Notes: generated by a model from the letters alone, not told the origin. A stretch of 64,000 nt of DNA from Eledone cirrhosa (GCA_964016885.1 OZ024741.1:81282001-81346000); one strand, 5' to 3'. Positions 25,809 through 40,950 are shown, counted from the first letter of the stretch. A program made the numbers and translations.

Positions 25809-28800
25809 ATGGAAGGACTACGGAGTTCCGGAGAGTTGAAGAGAGAAAAATCTGGACGCTCAGCGACAATGCCAAAGTTAAAGACAATCACACCTCGAGG
25901 ACGAAAATGCGAGCATGCCTCTTTGTTTCGGCCGTGGATGGCTAACATAACCCCATCTCCCCCCGCTCCCCACCTTTCCAACCCCCCAAACGCGATCCAA
26001 AACTTCAGATTTGGTACCTTCAATGTAGGCACCTTAAAGGGTCGCTCTAACGAGGTTGTAGAAATGCTTGAACGTAAGGAGGTCGATGTTTGTTGTATTC
26101 AAGAGACCAGGTGGAGGGGTGGATCTGCTAGATACATTGTGGGTAGAAAACGATGCTATAAGCTTTTCTGGGTGGGAAACGACAATGGGCTGGGTGGAGT
26201 AGGAATCATGGTAGCAGAAAAGTGGGCAGATAAGATAATAGACGTAAATAGAGTGAACGACAGAATAATTAAAATAAGACTTGTCCTCAATAGAACTACG
26301 GTGACAGTAATATCCGCGTACGCACCCCAATCCGGACTGCCCAGCACTATAAAAGACAGATTCTATGAGACACTGATGCTCACTACCTCCCAAATAACCA
26401 ACAGTGACTATATAATTATTGCAGGCGACCTAAACGGTCACGTTGGACAACATGTGACGGCTACAACAAAATCCATGGAGGCTATGGGTTTGGTACTAGA
26501 AATGAGGAAGGCTCCAGAATCCTGGAATTCTGCGACGCAAATAACCTAACTATCTGCAACACTAACTTCAAAAAACGAGACAATTACTTGATCACCTACA
26601 GATCAGGGGAACATACTAGCCAGGTAGATTATATCCTTACCAGAAGATGTAACAAAGTGACTGTCGTAAACACTAAATCCCTCCCCCATGAAGAATGCAC
26701 TTCCCAACATAGACTGATAATTAGCGACCTAATAGTCAGGACGAGACGTACTAGACAACAGAAGAGGACTATCCTCAGGAGAAAAATATGGAAGCTAAAG
26801 GACCCCACAGCCAAAAATAAATTCCAAAGCATATTACTTGATGCTTTCGACAGTGAGGAAGAGCAATTAGAGACGTACAAGGTAGAGGAACAGTGGGAAT
26901 TCCTGAAAGCAAACCTGCTGACGGCGGCAGACGAAGTCTGTGGCTGGAGCAGGCCTGTAGGCAGGAGGAGAGTAACATGGTGGTGGAACAGTAAGGTGGA
27001 GGGGTCAATTAAGGCCAAAAAGCAGGCTTGGAAAGTATGGCGGGATGGGGGAAGCAGAGAAGACTATCAAGTGGCCAGGAGGGAAGCTAGGAGACAAGTG
27101 TACTTCGCAAGAAGGGAAGCAGAGGAAAGAAAGTTCAAGCATGTTCTACAACGTGAGGACCAAAAATGTGAGGTGTTCAGGATTGCTAGGCAATGTGTCA
27201 AGGAAAACAGTGATATTGTCGGGGAGAAGTGTGTACTTAACGATGACGGCATACTTGCCATCACCGACGCCGATAAGAAGGTAGCTTGGAAGTGTCACTA
27301 TGAAAGGCTACTAAATGAGGAGAATAAATGGGAGAAAGACAGTCTCCCCCACATCGACCCAATAGAGGGACCAGCAGTGTTAGTCAAGGGTAGTATAATA
27401 AGTAAGGCAATCAAAGATATGAAGACAGGCAAGGCGGCTGGGACTTCAGAAATAGTTGCCGAGATGCTGAAGGCATCTGGTACGGTGGGACACACCATGG
27501 TCACCCGGATAGTCAACCAAGTCATATAGAATGGGGTTGTTCCGAAGGACTGGCGTAGCAGCATTATCGTTAACTGTTATAAGGGTAAAGGAGATGCCCT
27601 AGATAGGAGTAACTATAGAGGCATTAAATTAATCGACCAGGTCATGAAGGTCACGGAAAAAGTAATAGCGCAACTAATCAGAGAGCGAATTGATCTAGAT
27701 GAAATGCAGTTCGGGTTTGTGTCAGGAAAAAGTACCACAGACGCTATTTTCATTGTACGACAACTACAGGAGAAGTACCTAGCTAAAAGTAAACCCCTAT
27801 ACTTAGCTTTCGTCGACTTGGAGAAGGCCTTCGACAGAGTCCCCCGTTCCATTATCTGGTGGGCTCTTAGAAAACTAGGTGTTGATGAATAGCTTGTGAG
27901 AGCTATACAAGCCATGTATAAAGAAACAGTCAGCAAGGTTAGAATTAACAACGAATATAGTGAAGAGTTTAGTGTAAAAGTTGGTGTTCATCAGGGCTCT
28001 GTTCTTAGCCCCCTACTATTTATTATTGCCCTCCAGGCTATAACAGTGGAGTTCAAGACCGGCTGCCCATGGGAACTCCTATACGCAGATGATCTCACGC
28101 TCATAGCTGAATCAATGGCCGAGCTAGAGAAGAAATTCCAAACATGGAAGCACGGCCTAGAATCAAAAGGACTTAAAATTAACCTGGCTAAGACTAAAGT
28201 TCTAGTTTGTAAGAAAGAAAATAAGGCGGCGGTCCCCTCCCGGAAGTGGCCATGCGCAGAGTGTAGGAAAGGCGTAGGTAGAAATTCCATTTTGTATCCC
28301 AAATGCAAAGTTTGGGTGCATAAAAGATGTAGTGGGATCACAGGTAAGCTAACTAAGAACATAGATTTTACATGTGGCCGGTGTTCTGGGGCAATAAGTA
28401 GCAGCAAGTGCCCACAAAATACTAGCTCTTTCAACTGCGCAGAGGGTTCTATAGAAATAGTGGACAGCTTCCGTTACCTGGGTGACAAAATCAGCAGTGG
28501 GGGAGGGTGCTCTGAAAGTACAGTAGCTAGAGTCAGAACTGGGGGGAAAAAGTTCAGAGAGCTTATACCACTATTAGCTGCTAAAGGGTTCTCCCTAAAA
28601 ATGAAAGGCAGGATGTACGATGCCTGCATACGAACAGCAATGTTGCATGGCAGTGAGACCTGGGCATTGTGTGCAGAGGATATACGCAGACTAGAGAGGA
28701 ACGAAGCTTGCATGCTCCGCTGGATGTGTAACAGTAATATACGTGAACAGCAAAGTATAAACGAACTAAGGACAAAATTAGAAATAAGAGGGATCAGATG

Positions 28801-29303
28801 TTGTTTACTAGAGAGAAGGCTACGTTTGTATGGTCACGTTACACCTCACCAAGACAATGTCACTGGACCGAGACCTTTGGCGGTACTCAGTAATAGAGAA
28901 GACCCGCCTTACCTAAATACAAAGTAAAATCTACTACAGTCAGTAGGCATCTCTAACAAAATACACCCCCGTCCCACCACCCCCACCCTATCCACACCGC
29001 CCCCTTCTATGTAAAGTTATGTTGGTGCCACACCATCCAGGCCGAAACAAATGAGATCGTGTAGGTGTCACGACAAAAAAACACACAGTCCACGCTGTAA
29101 TGTGGCCATGTAGGCAACACGGTAAAAACCTCCCAGACCCACACTGTAAATGTGGTTGGTGTTAGGAAGGGCATCCAACTGTAGAAAACCTGCCAGACAG
29201 TCCTATGCGAGCAAGACAATCACTCTTGCCTCATGTGGGAAAACCCCCGTCCTAACCCATGCAAGCGTGGAACACGGACGTTAAACGATGATGATGATGA
29301 TGA
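25809..29303 (+). mobile_element. Near full-length RTE LINE (APE + RT), pseudogenised
   Basis: APE motifs GTFNVGTL, CIQETRW, GVGI, SAYAPQ, AGDLNGHVG, QVDYIL, SQHR; frameshift near 26455, stops at 27527 and 27890, ~110-bp deletion near 28840; complete 3' UTR and tail. True 5' end may lie upstream. Confidence 0.97.
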
Positions 29304-29304
29304 T

Positions 29305-29412
29305 AATATACATATATAAATATATATATATATACATACATATATAAATATATATATATATACATACATATATAAATATATATATACATACATATATAAA
29401 TATATATATATA

Positions 29413-29446
<34 letters not shown>

Positions 29447-30296
29447 AATATATATATATATACATACATACATATATAAATATATATATATATACATACA
29501 TACATATATAAATATATATATATATATACATACATACATATATAAATATATATATATATATACATACATACATATATAAATATATATATATATATACATA
29601 CATACATATATAAATATATATATATACATACATACATATATAAATATATATATATATACATACATACATACATATATAAATATATATATACATACATACA
29701 TATATAAATTATATATATATACATACATATATAAATATATATATATACATACATACATACATAAATAAATATATATATACATACATAAATATATATACAT
29801 ACATATATAAATATATATACATACATACATAAATATATATACATACATACATAAATATATATACATACATACATAAATATATATACATACATATATAAAT
29901 ATATATACATACATACATATATAAATATATATATATACATACATATATAAATATATATATATACATACATATATAAATATATATATATACATACATATAT
30001 ATATATATATAAATATATATATATACATACATATATATATATATAAATATATATATATACATACATATATATATATATAAATATATATATATACATACAT
30101 ATATATATAAATAGATATATATATATACATACATATATATATATATATACATACATATATATATATATAAATATATATATACATACATATATATATATAT
30201 AAATATATATATACATACATATATATATATATATAAATATATATATATATACATACATATATATATATAAATATATATATATATACATACATATAT

Positions 30297-30327
<31 letters not shown>

Positions 30328-30484
30328 CATACATATATATATATATATAAATATATATATATACATACATATATATATATATAAATATATATATATATAC
30401 ATACATATATATATATATATAAATATATATATATATACATACATATATATATATATATAAATATATATATATATACATACATAT

Positions 30485-30517
<33 letters not shown>

Positions 30518-30614
30518 CATACATATATATATAAATATATATATATATACATACATATATATATAAATATATATACATACATATATATATATATAAATAT
30601 ATATATATACATAC

Positions 30615-30660
<46 letters not shown>

Positions 30661-31085
30661 ACATATATATATATATTTATATATATATATATACATATAT
30701 ATATATACATATATACATATATATAGTAATAATAATAAATTTGAAGACTAAAACTTTAATCTGTTATTTTAATAAATATACATATATATATATATTTATA
30801 TATATATATACATATATATACATATATATTTATATATATATACATATATATACATATATATTTATATATATATACATATATATATATATTTATATATATA
30901 TACATATATATATATATTTATACATACATATATATATATATACATACATATATATATATATACATACATACATACATAAATATATATGTATGTATATATA
31001 TAAATATATATACATACATATATATTTAAATATATATACATATATATATAAATATATATATATACATACATATATAAATATATAC

Positions 31086-31182
<97 letters not shown>

Positions 31183-31212
31183 CATACATACATATATATA
31201 TATATATTTATA
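29305..31212. repeat. 1.9-kb compound (TA)n microsatellite
   Basis: Direct reading; short unique spacer at ~30725-30772. Confidence 0.98.
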
Positions 31213-31429
31213 TTTTTCTTAAATTTTATTTTAAAAAGAAGTAGAGCGGAATATAGCAGCAGCAGAATAAAACCTCTTAATGCAGTAATGTGTGTGTGTG
31301 TGTTTGTGCATACGCTTATGTGAGTGTGCTTATAAGCTTGTGTGTTTGTAAGCTTCACTGGTTATATAGGATTGTAATAGGATGCCAACTGATGTAGCTG
31401 ATTTACAGGTAGCTAGAGGGCAGGGGGTG

Positions 31430-31825
31430 GGATGCTGCTGGTTATGATGTTTGTAGTGGTGATGATGGTGGCAGTGTTAAGTGTGAAGGTGGTGGTTGTG
31501 GTAATGTTATATTGATATGTGGTGGTTGTCATCATTGTCATTGTAGAGGTTAATGTTTGTAGTGGTGATAGAGTTGTGACAGTGATGATGGTGATGGTAC
31601 TGGTGATGATGCTGGGGGCGATGGTGTTAGCGATAGTGTTGATGGTATTGGGGATAGTGATGATGCTGTGGGTGATGGTGATGATGATAGCGATAGTGGT
31701 GATGGTGTTGGCGATAGTGGTGATGGTGTTGGCGATAGCGGTGATGGCATTGGTGATGGTGCTGGGGGTGATGACAGAGTTACGGGTTATAATGATGATA
31801 ATGGTTGCACTACTGATGATGGAAA
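31430..31825. repeat. (GAT/GGT)n low-complexity tract with 21-bp subrepeats
   Basis: GCGATAGTGGTGATGGTGTTG repeated about 3 times. Confidence 0.85.
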
Positions 31826-32394
31826 CAGTGGCAAGGAGTCATTAGTTAAACATATCCTCTGGAGCTATATATCTGACAAATTGTTATTGCTACAGGCAAC
31901 TTAACAGAACAAGACATAATAATAATTAATATCATAATCATCGTCATTGTTACATTTATTACTATTACTATCATTATTATTGTTATTATTATCATCATTT
32001 TTTTACAAAAAACAATAAAAAAAAAAACAAGTGTCATCGTATGATAACGAAAGAGAAAAACAAGTTGTGAACTAAAAGAAATATATACATCATTATCATC
32101 AATATATATATATATATATACATATATATATACATGTATATATATACATATATATACACTTGTAAATACATACATATATAGAAATATATATATATATATT
32201 CATTTTATTAAGGCTAAATAATGAATCTTGTTACTCTGGATTTCCGCCTACTTCTCACAGGGTTTTAGTAACAACATACAACACACATTGGCACGAACAA
32301 AAGATCACCAGAGCCTTACATTTTGTAGATTTAATTTTCCAGACTTCTCTGATTCATCATTTCTGATTTGTAATTCATATATATATCTTCACTT

Positions 32395-33525
32395 AGCGGT
32401 GATTGTCCATGCACATCACATGTCCATACCAACGCAGACTTCTCTCTTGCACACCACCTCAAATTCCTCTTAAACTCACCTAAGTTCTGCCTCTCTCTCT
32501 CACACTTACATTGCACATCCAACAGAACATGGTTGTTTCATTTCTCCCCAGCTTATGCATGTCCTTTGCAGTCACAATCCATGTTTCACTACCATGCAGC
32601 ATAGCGCTTCGCATACAGACATTTTACAGCCGTCTTTTTGTACGTAGGGAGAAACTTTTTGCTGTCAACAGTGAGAGTAGCTCTCTAAACTTCTTCCATC
32701 CCATCCTTATTCTAACTATTATACTCGCAGTGCACCTCCTCCACTATTAATTAAGTCACCTAGGTATCAGAAACTATCAACCACGTCTATGGACCCTTCC
32801 TGTGACTGGAAAAGGTTTATATCACCGGCACTCTTACTCTTGATTATCCCTGTGCATCTTCTACATACAAAGTATTCCCTTCCTGTTAATCTACCCATTA
32901 TCCCACTACATTTCTTTTTTTCACAAAATTTACATTGTACACATTGTATGGAGTTTATGCCTACTCCTTTTCTACATATTCAGCAGTGCCACTTTCCCGA
33001 AGGAAAAAGGGTCCTTTCTTCTTTCCTACTCACCAGCACTTTAGTTTTGGTTAAGTTTATTCTCAGACCTTTTGATTCCAAATTGTCTTTCCATAGTTGG
33101 AATGTATTTTCTAGTTCTTTTTTGGTTTCAGCTATAAGGACCAAATCATCTGCATAGAGAAGTTCCCGTGGTCAGCCAGTTTTAAACTCCTCTGGTATGG
33201 CCTGGAGAACTATGATGAACAGCAGTGGGCAAAAAACTGGACCTTGAAGAGTTCCTACCTGTACCTTGAATTCCTTACTAAACTCATTTCTTACTCTCAC
33301 TTTACTGACAGATCCTCTGTACATAGCTTGCATTCTCATAAGCCATTCTTCTACACCCAATTTCCTTAATGACCTCAGGATAATAAATCGAGGTACTCTG
33401 TCAAAGGCCTTTTTTAAATCAACAAAAACTAAATATAGTGGCTTATATTTGGCTAGGAACTTCTCTTGTAGTTGCCTCACTAAGAGGGCATCTGTAGTAT
33501 TTTTCCCAGGCATGAAACCAATTCA
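32395..33525 (-). mobile_element. Older RTE RT fragment
   Basis: GFMPGKNTTDA, FVDLKKAFDRVP, LLYADDL, remnant Cys finger. Confidence 0.92.
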
Positions 33526-33789
33526 TGCCGGGTGCACTATAACTCTTTTTGTCACTTTCATTTGATATATATACAATTCTATATCCGTGTATATATCCTG
33601 TAACAGCAGTTCAAGAAAAGTGATTGATAAAATAAGTACCAGACTGAAGAAACTTATGTGCTAAGGTTCATATGACCAACTAAAATCAATGTGGTGCCAC
33701 AGTATGGCCACAGTCTAATGATTGTAGCCAGTGGAAGACTAAAAGAATATAAATACGTTTCTTGTCAAAAAACACATTTTGCTACTGAA

Positions 33790-34165
33790 ATTACATTGTG
33801 TGCCATTCTACCATGGTTAAGCTTTGTCTTTCATCTTCATCAGAGTCTATAAAAAATAAAGTACCAGTAAAGCACTAGGGCCGATTTAATCGTTTTTCCT
33901 TTTCTATTGAAATTGCAGGCCTTGTGTCAAAAGTAGAAATTATTATTCTTATTGTAGATTGGTGGAATTATTAGAGTCTCGAACAATACTATGTAATATT
34001 CGGTTACAACCCTTTACATTCTAAGTTCAAATCTTGGCATGGTCAGTTTCGCTTTGATCCTTCTGGGATCCATAAAATAAAGTACCAGTAAAGAACTTCA
34101 GTCATGTGATTGACTTTCTCAACTACACAAATTGCTGGCCTTGTGCATAAATTAGAAACCATTAT
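33790..34165 (+). mobile_element. Two decayed copies of a second SINE family
   Basis: Core CTTTGCCTTTCATCC..GATAAAATAAAGTACCAGT..GGCCTTGTG..TAGAAAC-ATTATT as at 50232-50422. Confidence 0.7.
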
Positions 34166-35439
34166 TTTAGTTATCCATTAACTTTCCTGGATTCCATGTT
34201 ACATAACACCATTATATTTCATGTTACATAAAAACATTATATTCCATGTTACACAACACCATCAGATTATAGTAAAAAATAACTATCAGAAATATATATA
34301 CATAAGGAGGAATATGATATATATAATATATATTTCTAAACTAGATGGAAAATTGGAGCCACTTCACCCAACCAACGAACCAACCAACCACACACTTCTG
34401 TGGTTAAGTGTGTGTGTCGTGCGTGAAATGTTTATATATGTGTGAGTTTCTACATATGTGTGCATGAAAAGTGGTGTTGAAGTGAGTGTGTGATGTGTGT
34501 AAATGTGTGTTTGAGTGAATGTTTTTAAATGTGTCTACAACTGTGTCAATAAATGTGCTTACATGTGTATGTATACATGTGCATGCATGGGTGTGTGTGT
34601 TATGCTCTGCATTGTAGTGATTTAATTTCTTTTTGATGACTAACAGCCTGATAGTCATCTTTCAACTAGAAATATGCTTACATATTAATTAACAAACATT
34701 ATATGCTAATGATCCACATCAGCTTCACTTTCCATTATACTAATCACCCCACCCCCATCAACAAACCCATTCCTTTTTTTTTTTTTTTTTTTTAATATCA
34801 TTTTCAAAATTAATTGGAAGATATATGCAGTATATCTTGACAGAAATCGTTCTGATGCCAAACAACCCAAAACTACTCCTGGTTCTATAATACAAAACTG
34901 CTTTGTTTTTAAGTTTTCATACTTCTACACTCTTTTGATACCAGCCTGTTCAATGAAAGAGAACCACCAATTTTAAAGGGTTCCTATTTAAATTAAATTC
35001 TCCAACATAATTTTATATAAGTTAAGTTTATATATGTTAAGTTCTATCTTAGTAATGAAATAATAATGTTAGTAAACTGCACAAAATTTTCATTAATTGA
35101 AATAGAGTGTATTTCCTTAAAAATACGGTCACAAAACGGTTAAGACCTTCAAATATCGGCTTGCTAATGAAAATACCATTCTCACCAAATTTCTCAATTT
35201 TTTTTATTTAGAAATATGGTAACAACAAAGGTTATGCAGTGAACCATACCTGTACCTTGATCTAAGTGACCTAGTATATAAATTGTGAAGCACCACCAGC
35301 TATACATTTAACTATAGGTTCATATTTCAGTGGGGTATTCATCTTCAGGCCAGAATGAAGTGAAGCATATATTTCATGTTTTAAATTACATATGCATATC
35401 TTTAGGCTGAATAAAATAACACACACACCTATATGCAAC

Positions 35440-35645
35440 TTAACCCTTTAGCATTCATATTACTCTATATATACTATTGTATTTTCACAGTAAAAGCTTT
35501 ATCTCACATAATATCAAATCTGTGATATTTTGATATTATTTATTTTGAGAACAATACTTTAAGATAAGTATGAGTGGCCAGTTACAGCTGGTTTGAACAG
35601 AAAGAGGAGAGGGAATTCTGGCTGGTTTAAATGCTAAAGGGTTAA
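35440..35645. mobile_element. piggyBac-type MITE
   Basis: TTAA|CCCTTTAGCATT ... AATGCTAAAGGG|TTAA; related inverted copy at 61905-62140. Confidence 0.88.
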
Positions 35646-36174
35646 AAAAAAAAAATACCGTAGGAAATACCTTAGATTAATTCAAACCTTTCAATACCAG
35701 CCCACCCGAAAATGCCTCTGGTTCTGTGATAAAACTGTCTATTTAAAGTGTTTATTATATCCATCATAATTTTATGTAAGAACTTTATTCACATGTTCTA
35801 TACACCATTATTTAACAAAATCCCTCTAAATTTTGGATTATTTTCAAATTTAATTGAAACACATTCAATGTATGTCATAAGAAATATAGTCATTAAAAGA
35901 GTTAAACCTCAAACTCTGAAGACACAGCAAACAGTGATTTATAAACCATGGAGTAGCGTGAGATGTATGATGACAAACTCGGACTAAACCCAGACTCTCA
36001 TAAACATACACACATACAATATAAGCACAAACAGAAATGCAAACAATCATTATGCATAATCATGCATATTATAACATATGATGCTCTCAACAAAATCATA
36101 AAGCATGGCTTGGATGCTGCAGGCTTCTCTTCCCAGCTTGGGTTGGACCCAGGAGATAGCAAAAGCTCAAAGCT

Positions 36175-36408
36175 CAGACAGCATGTCAGGCCGAAGAATG
36201 CAAACTATCGAAATATCTGTCAATCTCCAATAGGTTTATAGTTGAACAAGTCGCAGTAGAAACTTCTGGCATTCTTATGGCAGAATTGGCTACCTGCACC
36301 AGCGAGTCTTGCAAGAGGGAATGGCTAATCCGAAGCATCCCTCTTGCCATCCTCCAGGACGTTTTCCCTATTCTGGCCGTTGAGATCACAAGTGCCCAGT
36401 ACATATAA
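36175..36408 (+). mobile_element. C-terminal restriction-like endonuclease fragment of a CRE-like non-LTR element
   Basis: Open frame QTACQAEECKLSKYLSISNRFIVEQVAVETSG...REWLIRSIPLAILQ, matching the A..AE..K..KY / P.AVET.G / WL.QR.SLAIQ pattern. Confidence 0.7.
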
Positions 36409-36639
36409 GAGAATTCTCCCTTATTTCATCCAGGCCTACATCACCGGGGTATCAATGCTGAGTTGAACAGTTACTTGTGGGACATATTACATGTGTATAT
36501 ACATATATATGTGTATACAAATATGAATATATATACACACACACACAGACATATATATATATATACACATACACACACATATTATTATTATTATTATAGT
36601 TTCGTGTATTTGATTGATTTTGTTTATAAATGTTAGTTG

Positions 36640-37500
36640 AGAGCTTTTATTTGAGGCTGTGAAAATATCTTTGTTCACACCCAAAATTTACCCATCAACA
36701 GTTCGGCCAGCTTGACCTTCTTTTGAGAAAAAGTCACATGATGACAGGCGAATTTACTACTATAGTAGAATGTCTCCCGGCACTAGAATTTTGGATAACA
36801 CAGAACAAAACCTGCCAATGACAGAGGCTCCTGTTCCAAAATGGAAAATGCATTTTTAAATTGTGGTGCAGATTCCCGGATTTCCCAGAAACCTATCAAA
36901 GCTTTTTAGCAATTTCTATCGATCCCTATCTACTCAAGACGGTCCAGGTTAATATTTGACCTGCTTGTATTTATGCTAGTTGTGGCATAAGTATGGCCAT
37001 ATGCATTTGGTTGCCTTTTCTTGGTGTCAAATTTTCTTAACTTTGTATTCACTATGGACAAAAATGTATGAAATTTTTGCATCATTGAGCGCATTGTGAC
37101 TGCCTCAAACAATTCAACTGGTATCTACTATATTGTGGGTACAACTTTAATATACAGTTGTCTCCTGGTATTTGCAGGGCTTCTGTTCCTAGAGCACCTT
37201 CAAATAGTGAAAAACTGCGAATATTGGACGTGGTTCACATAAATGCCTATAAACGTCAAGATATAATGTAAAATATAATGAAAAGAGAGGGAACATCTTA
37301 TGCCAAGGGGCCTCCAATAAGCTGGCAAATACGGTATATTGTTATTAATAATTTAGCGGTAAAACATATATATTGCCACAAAAAAAAACATTAAAAATAT
37401 CGCGGAAGATATTTAGAATTCTACGATTATGTAGTGGTTTCCACGAACAATTATCAGTTAGGTTCTAAGGAAAATTTTGCAAATAACTGGGGGTACACTG
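36640..37500 (-). mobile_element. Decayed Tc1/mariner-superfamily DNA transposon
   Basis: TA|CAGTGTACCCC terminus at 37500; remnants TMRSMMQKFHTFLSIVNTK (HTH-like) and LSSCDFF (SPDL.PCDFFLW-like). Confidence 0.55.
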
Positions 37501-37560
37501 TATACATATTATTATTATTATTATTATTATATATACATACACACATACATACATACATAT

Positions 37561-37905
37561 GAGGATGATGGCCGCAACTCGATTTTGAGTGATGCTATTG
37601 CTTGATACTTAAGCATGGATGTGACTATTTTGTCTTGCTAGGGACTTGCACAGAGGTTGCAACAATGGGGGCCTCTCACAGTAGGTGTTAGGGTTCTGTT
37701 TTTTGTGCACTTTCAAATAACATTTCAGTCCACACACTCCCCTAAACAGAAATGCCATACAATGACCAGTTGACAGTGTCCCTGTGGCTTCTCCAATGGC
37801 TTCTAAGGCCTGCCCTACTTAGCCATAACCGGCCACATTCTTTACAGGTTAAATCAACCTGCATGCCAAGAAACTTAGACAAACCAAACTCAAGGCCCTT
37901 ACAAG
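37561..37905 (-). mobile_element. 3' end of an RTE-type LINE with C-terminal C2H2 finger
   Basis: LTCKECGRLWLSRAGLRSHWRSH, then a 3' UTR ending at a microsatellite. Confidence 0.75.
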
Positions 37906-37982
37906 TACACCACTTGAATTGTTTATGCTTAACACGGTTTCTTTCAAATTCACCCCTACCATCATGCACTGCCTTCTTCCAA

Positions 37983-38028
<46 letters not shown>

Positions 38029-38044
38029 TTATATATGCACACAC

Positions 38045-38880
38045 TCTTCTTGTGACGCTAAACCACGCCAGTTGCAGACTGCACATCAACAGGAGATATT
38101 TTTCTCCACATAGTTCGATAACCAACAGCAGAGTTTAAAGAACAAAGATCAAGTCCAGTCCATAAGTTGACATTATCAAGCCATCGTTTTGGCTGCCGGC
38201 CTCTGCTTCTATTACCAGTCAACCTTCGTTCCAGGCATAACCTACTCACACCACGAGTTGATCTTTTTATATGACCGTATAGTTTGAGTACTCTTGACTT
38301 GACAATTGATGTAATTGGTTTAAGTCTGGTAATGTTGAGTAGCTCACTGATATGGTCGCTGAGCCGCTTGCCAGTCATAAGTTTCATGATGTGGTTCTGG
38401 AATGTAGAGAGCTTCTGAAGTGACCTTGTCGTTCAATTAACAGTCAAGGCCATATAACACAACTGGTAGGATGTAAGTATCGAAGATCTTAGCCTTCAAA
38501 TGATAGGAAACTAGTTTTAATACTTCCTTGTTCTTGTTGAAAGCTGCCCAACCTAGAGCAATGTGATACTGAGCAGTAACCATTCCATTGTTGTTTGATG
38601 ATAGTTTGTGACTGAGATATACAAACTCAGTAACTTGAGTAATTTGCTGGTTGTAGATTGTGAGTTGGAGATTGGCATTGTTTTTATCAGTTGTCATACA
38701 CTTTGTTTCGGAGATGTTGATGTGTAAGCCAGCCTCCAGTGAATGTTTGGCCAGTACATTCAGAAAGTCTTGCAGATCAGTTCTAGAGTAACTCATGATG
38801 GCTAGATCGTTTGAATAGCTAAGATTTGATAGGATTTTACTTCCTATTTGATAGCCAGAGGAAAATTCTTCTTCAGCTTG
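38045..38880 (-). mobile_element. Decayed RTE-like RT C-terminal fragment (distinct family, no PHD insert)
   Basis: LSYSNDLA, GLHINISETKCM, FVYL, PVVLYGLDC, LKLYGHIKR, GRQPKRWLDNV. Confidence 0.88.
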
Positions 38881-38891
38881 GTAGACACACA

Positions 38892-39152
38892 CATCATCAT
38901 CATTTTATGTCAGCTTTTCCTTGCTTGCAAGGGTTGGATGGGTCCTATTCAGCACAGCATCTCTCCACTTGTCACGGTCCTTCGTCATCTCCTCGGTGAG
39001 TTTCAGCGATCTGAGGTCTGCTCTCACCACCTCCGCCCATGTTTTACATGGTCTGCCTCTTCTGCGTCTACCTTCTACTGGGATTTCTTGGCACTTCTTT
39101 ACCCAGCGGTCATCCTCTATGCGCATCACATGTCCATACCATCTCCATACCT
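38892..39152 (-). mobile_element. RTE 3' end with short UTR
   Basis: [25 protein letters not shown] followed by a GAT tail. Confidence 0.9.
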
Positions 39153-39299
39153 TCTCTCCTGCACACATATATTTACGCATACACACATACAGATACACAT
39201 ATATATGACTTATTTGTCTTTGATAAACATAGGAATGCTTAACATACACTTGAGGTGCAAGTATTTGTGTATATCAAGCATAGCAATATATAATGAGTT

Positions 39300-39660
39300 C
39301 ATTCATCATTTCATTTTACGTCCACTTTTCCCTGCTTGCAAAGGTGGGACGGGAACTGATTCTGGCTTGATTTCTACAGCTGGATGCCCTTCCTAACACC
39401 AACCTCATTTACAGTGAGTGCTGGGTGCTTTTTTGCCGTGGCACCTCTACGACCACTTTGCAGTGGAATGATATGGACCACTTTGCAGTGGAATGATAGG
39501 GACCCCAGTCCCTATCATCTCATTTCTACAGCTGAGTAAACTGGAGCAATGTGAAATAAAGTGTCTTGCTCAAGGAAACAACACATCACCCAGTTTGAGA
39601 ATTGAACTCACAACCTTTCGATTGCAAGGCCAATGCTCTAACCACTAAGCCATGTGCCCC
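39300..39660 (-). mobile_element. Full-length tRNA-derived SINE with RTE-type tail
   Basis: A/B boxes, CCTTGAGCAAGACACTT core, shared RTE 3' motifs; internal tandem duplication of GACCACTTTGCAGTGGAATGATA. Confidence 0.92.
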
Positions 39661-40103
39661 CATTTTTGTTGTGTATATATATATATATGCATATACATGT
39701 ATGTACTTGTGTGTGCGTAGTTTCCCCAATACCAAATCATGCAGTTCAAGATAAATGTACTACTACTATTGCAGCCACCACTGCCACAACCGCCATCACC
39801 ACCCTACTCCTACAACAACAACTACAATCATATAGCTTATCCTTTGAAGGCTGCAATCATTCAGGTAATTCAAATAAAAGTTGCAAAGGGGTATAGTGCA
39901 TGCATGAGTGTATTAATGTATATACACATAAATTTTCATGTGTGTGTGTATGTGTGTGTGATAATAAATGGAAACAGCAAAGAAAACAATGCAGTACAAT
40001 GAGGATATATATATTAGTTCATCGCTTGATATATGTATGTGTGGACAAAGATGATGAATGAACAAGTCCGTATGTATATACATGCATGTATTTGTTTATA
40101 TTC

Positions 40104-40107
<4 letters not shown>

Positions 40108-40164
<57 letters not shown>

Positions 40165-40183
40165 TGTGTGTGTGAGTGTGTGA
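40108..40183. repeat. (TG)n microsatellite
   Basis: Direct reading. Confidence 0.97.
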
Positions 40184-40464
40184 GTTTGTTTATAGACAAT
40201 GTATGTGCATGTGTGCATGCGGTTAAAAAAACTAAATTAGTGTAGGTTTGCTAACCTAGTAAATAAAGCAATCAACTCCTTAGTACACATTGAAACCCAC
40301 CATGCACACCTGCATGCATACATGTGCATGTCTGAGTATACATACATATTTAGAATGAATTTATCAGTTTTGACAATGCATGTCCCAGGTGTTCAATTAA
40401 TGAAATAGCCTGATCCTAAGATAAAAAAAAAAGTTGTGAACATCCCCGCACAAAACATTCATAA

Positions 40465-40775
40465 TCATCTTCATTGTTTTTACGCCTGTTTTACCACACT
40501 TCCATGGATTGGACTGATCCTTCTCAGCACATCTCTCCACTTGCTGTGTTCCATCTCCTCTGTGAATCTCAGCGACTTGAGATCAGCTCACACCATCTCT
40601 GCCAGGTTTTCCTTGACTTATCTCTACTGCGGCTTCCTTACACTGGGAGTTCCTTATCATCCATATATATCACATGTCCATACCAAGTCTTGTCTCTTGC
40701 ACATCACCTTGGATTCCTCTTTGACCCAGTTTCTTCCTCAGTTCATCCAAGCTGTCTTCATCTCATTTTTACACT
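40465..40775 (-). mobile_element. Decayed RTE 3' fragment
   Basis: Similar to 38892-39152 (TCACATGTCCATACCA, CATCTCTCCACTTG). Confidence 0.75.
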
Positions 40776-40950
40776 ACACACATAACTATATATATATATG
40801 AATAAGATGTTACTAATTGAGACTAGTATAGGTATTATTCAATGTAGTGCTCCATATTTTAATGAGTAGATACTATTATGACATATAAGTAAGTTCTACA
40901 ATCAAGCTTAAACAATTGAAACAGTTTCACCATAAGGTTTTATCATAGGG

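Noticed and set aside
31519-31904. Val/Met-rich or Asp/Gly-rich ORFs (also 55947-56378 and 48693-48902)
   Set aside because: Trinucleotide low-complexity tracts open in several frames on both strands
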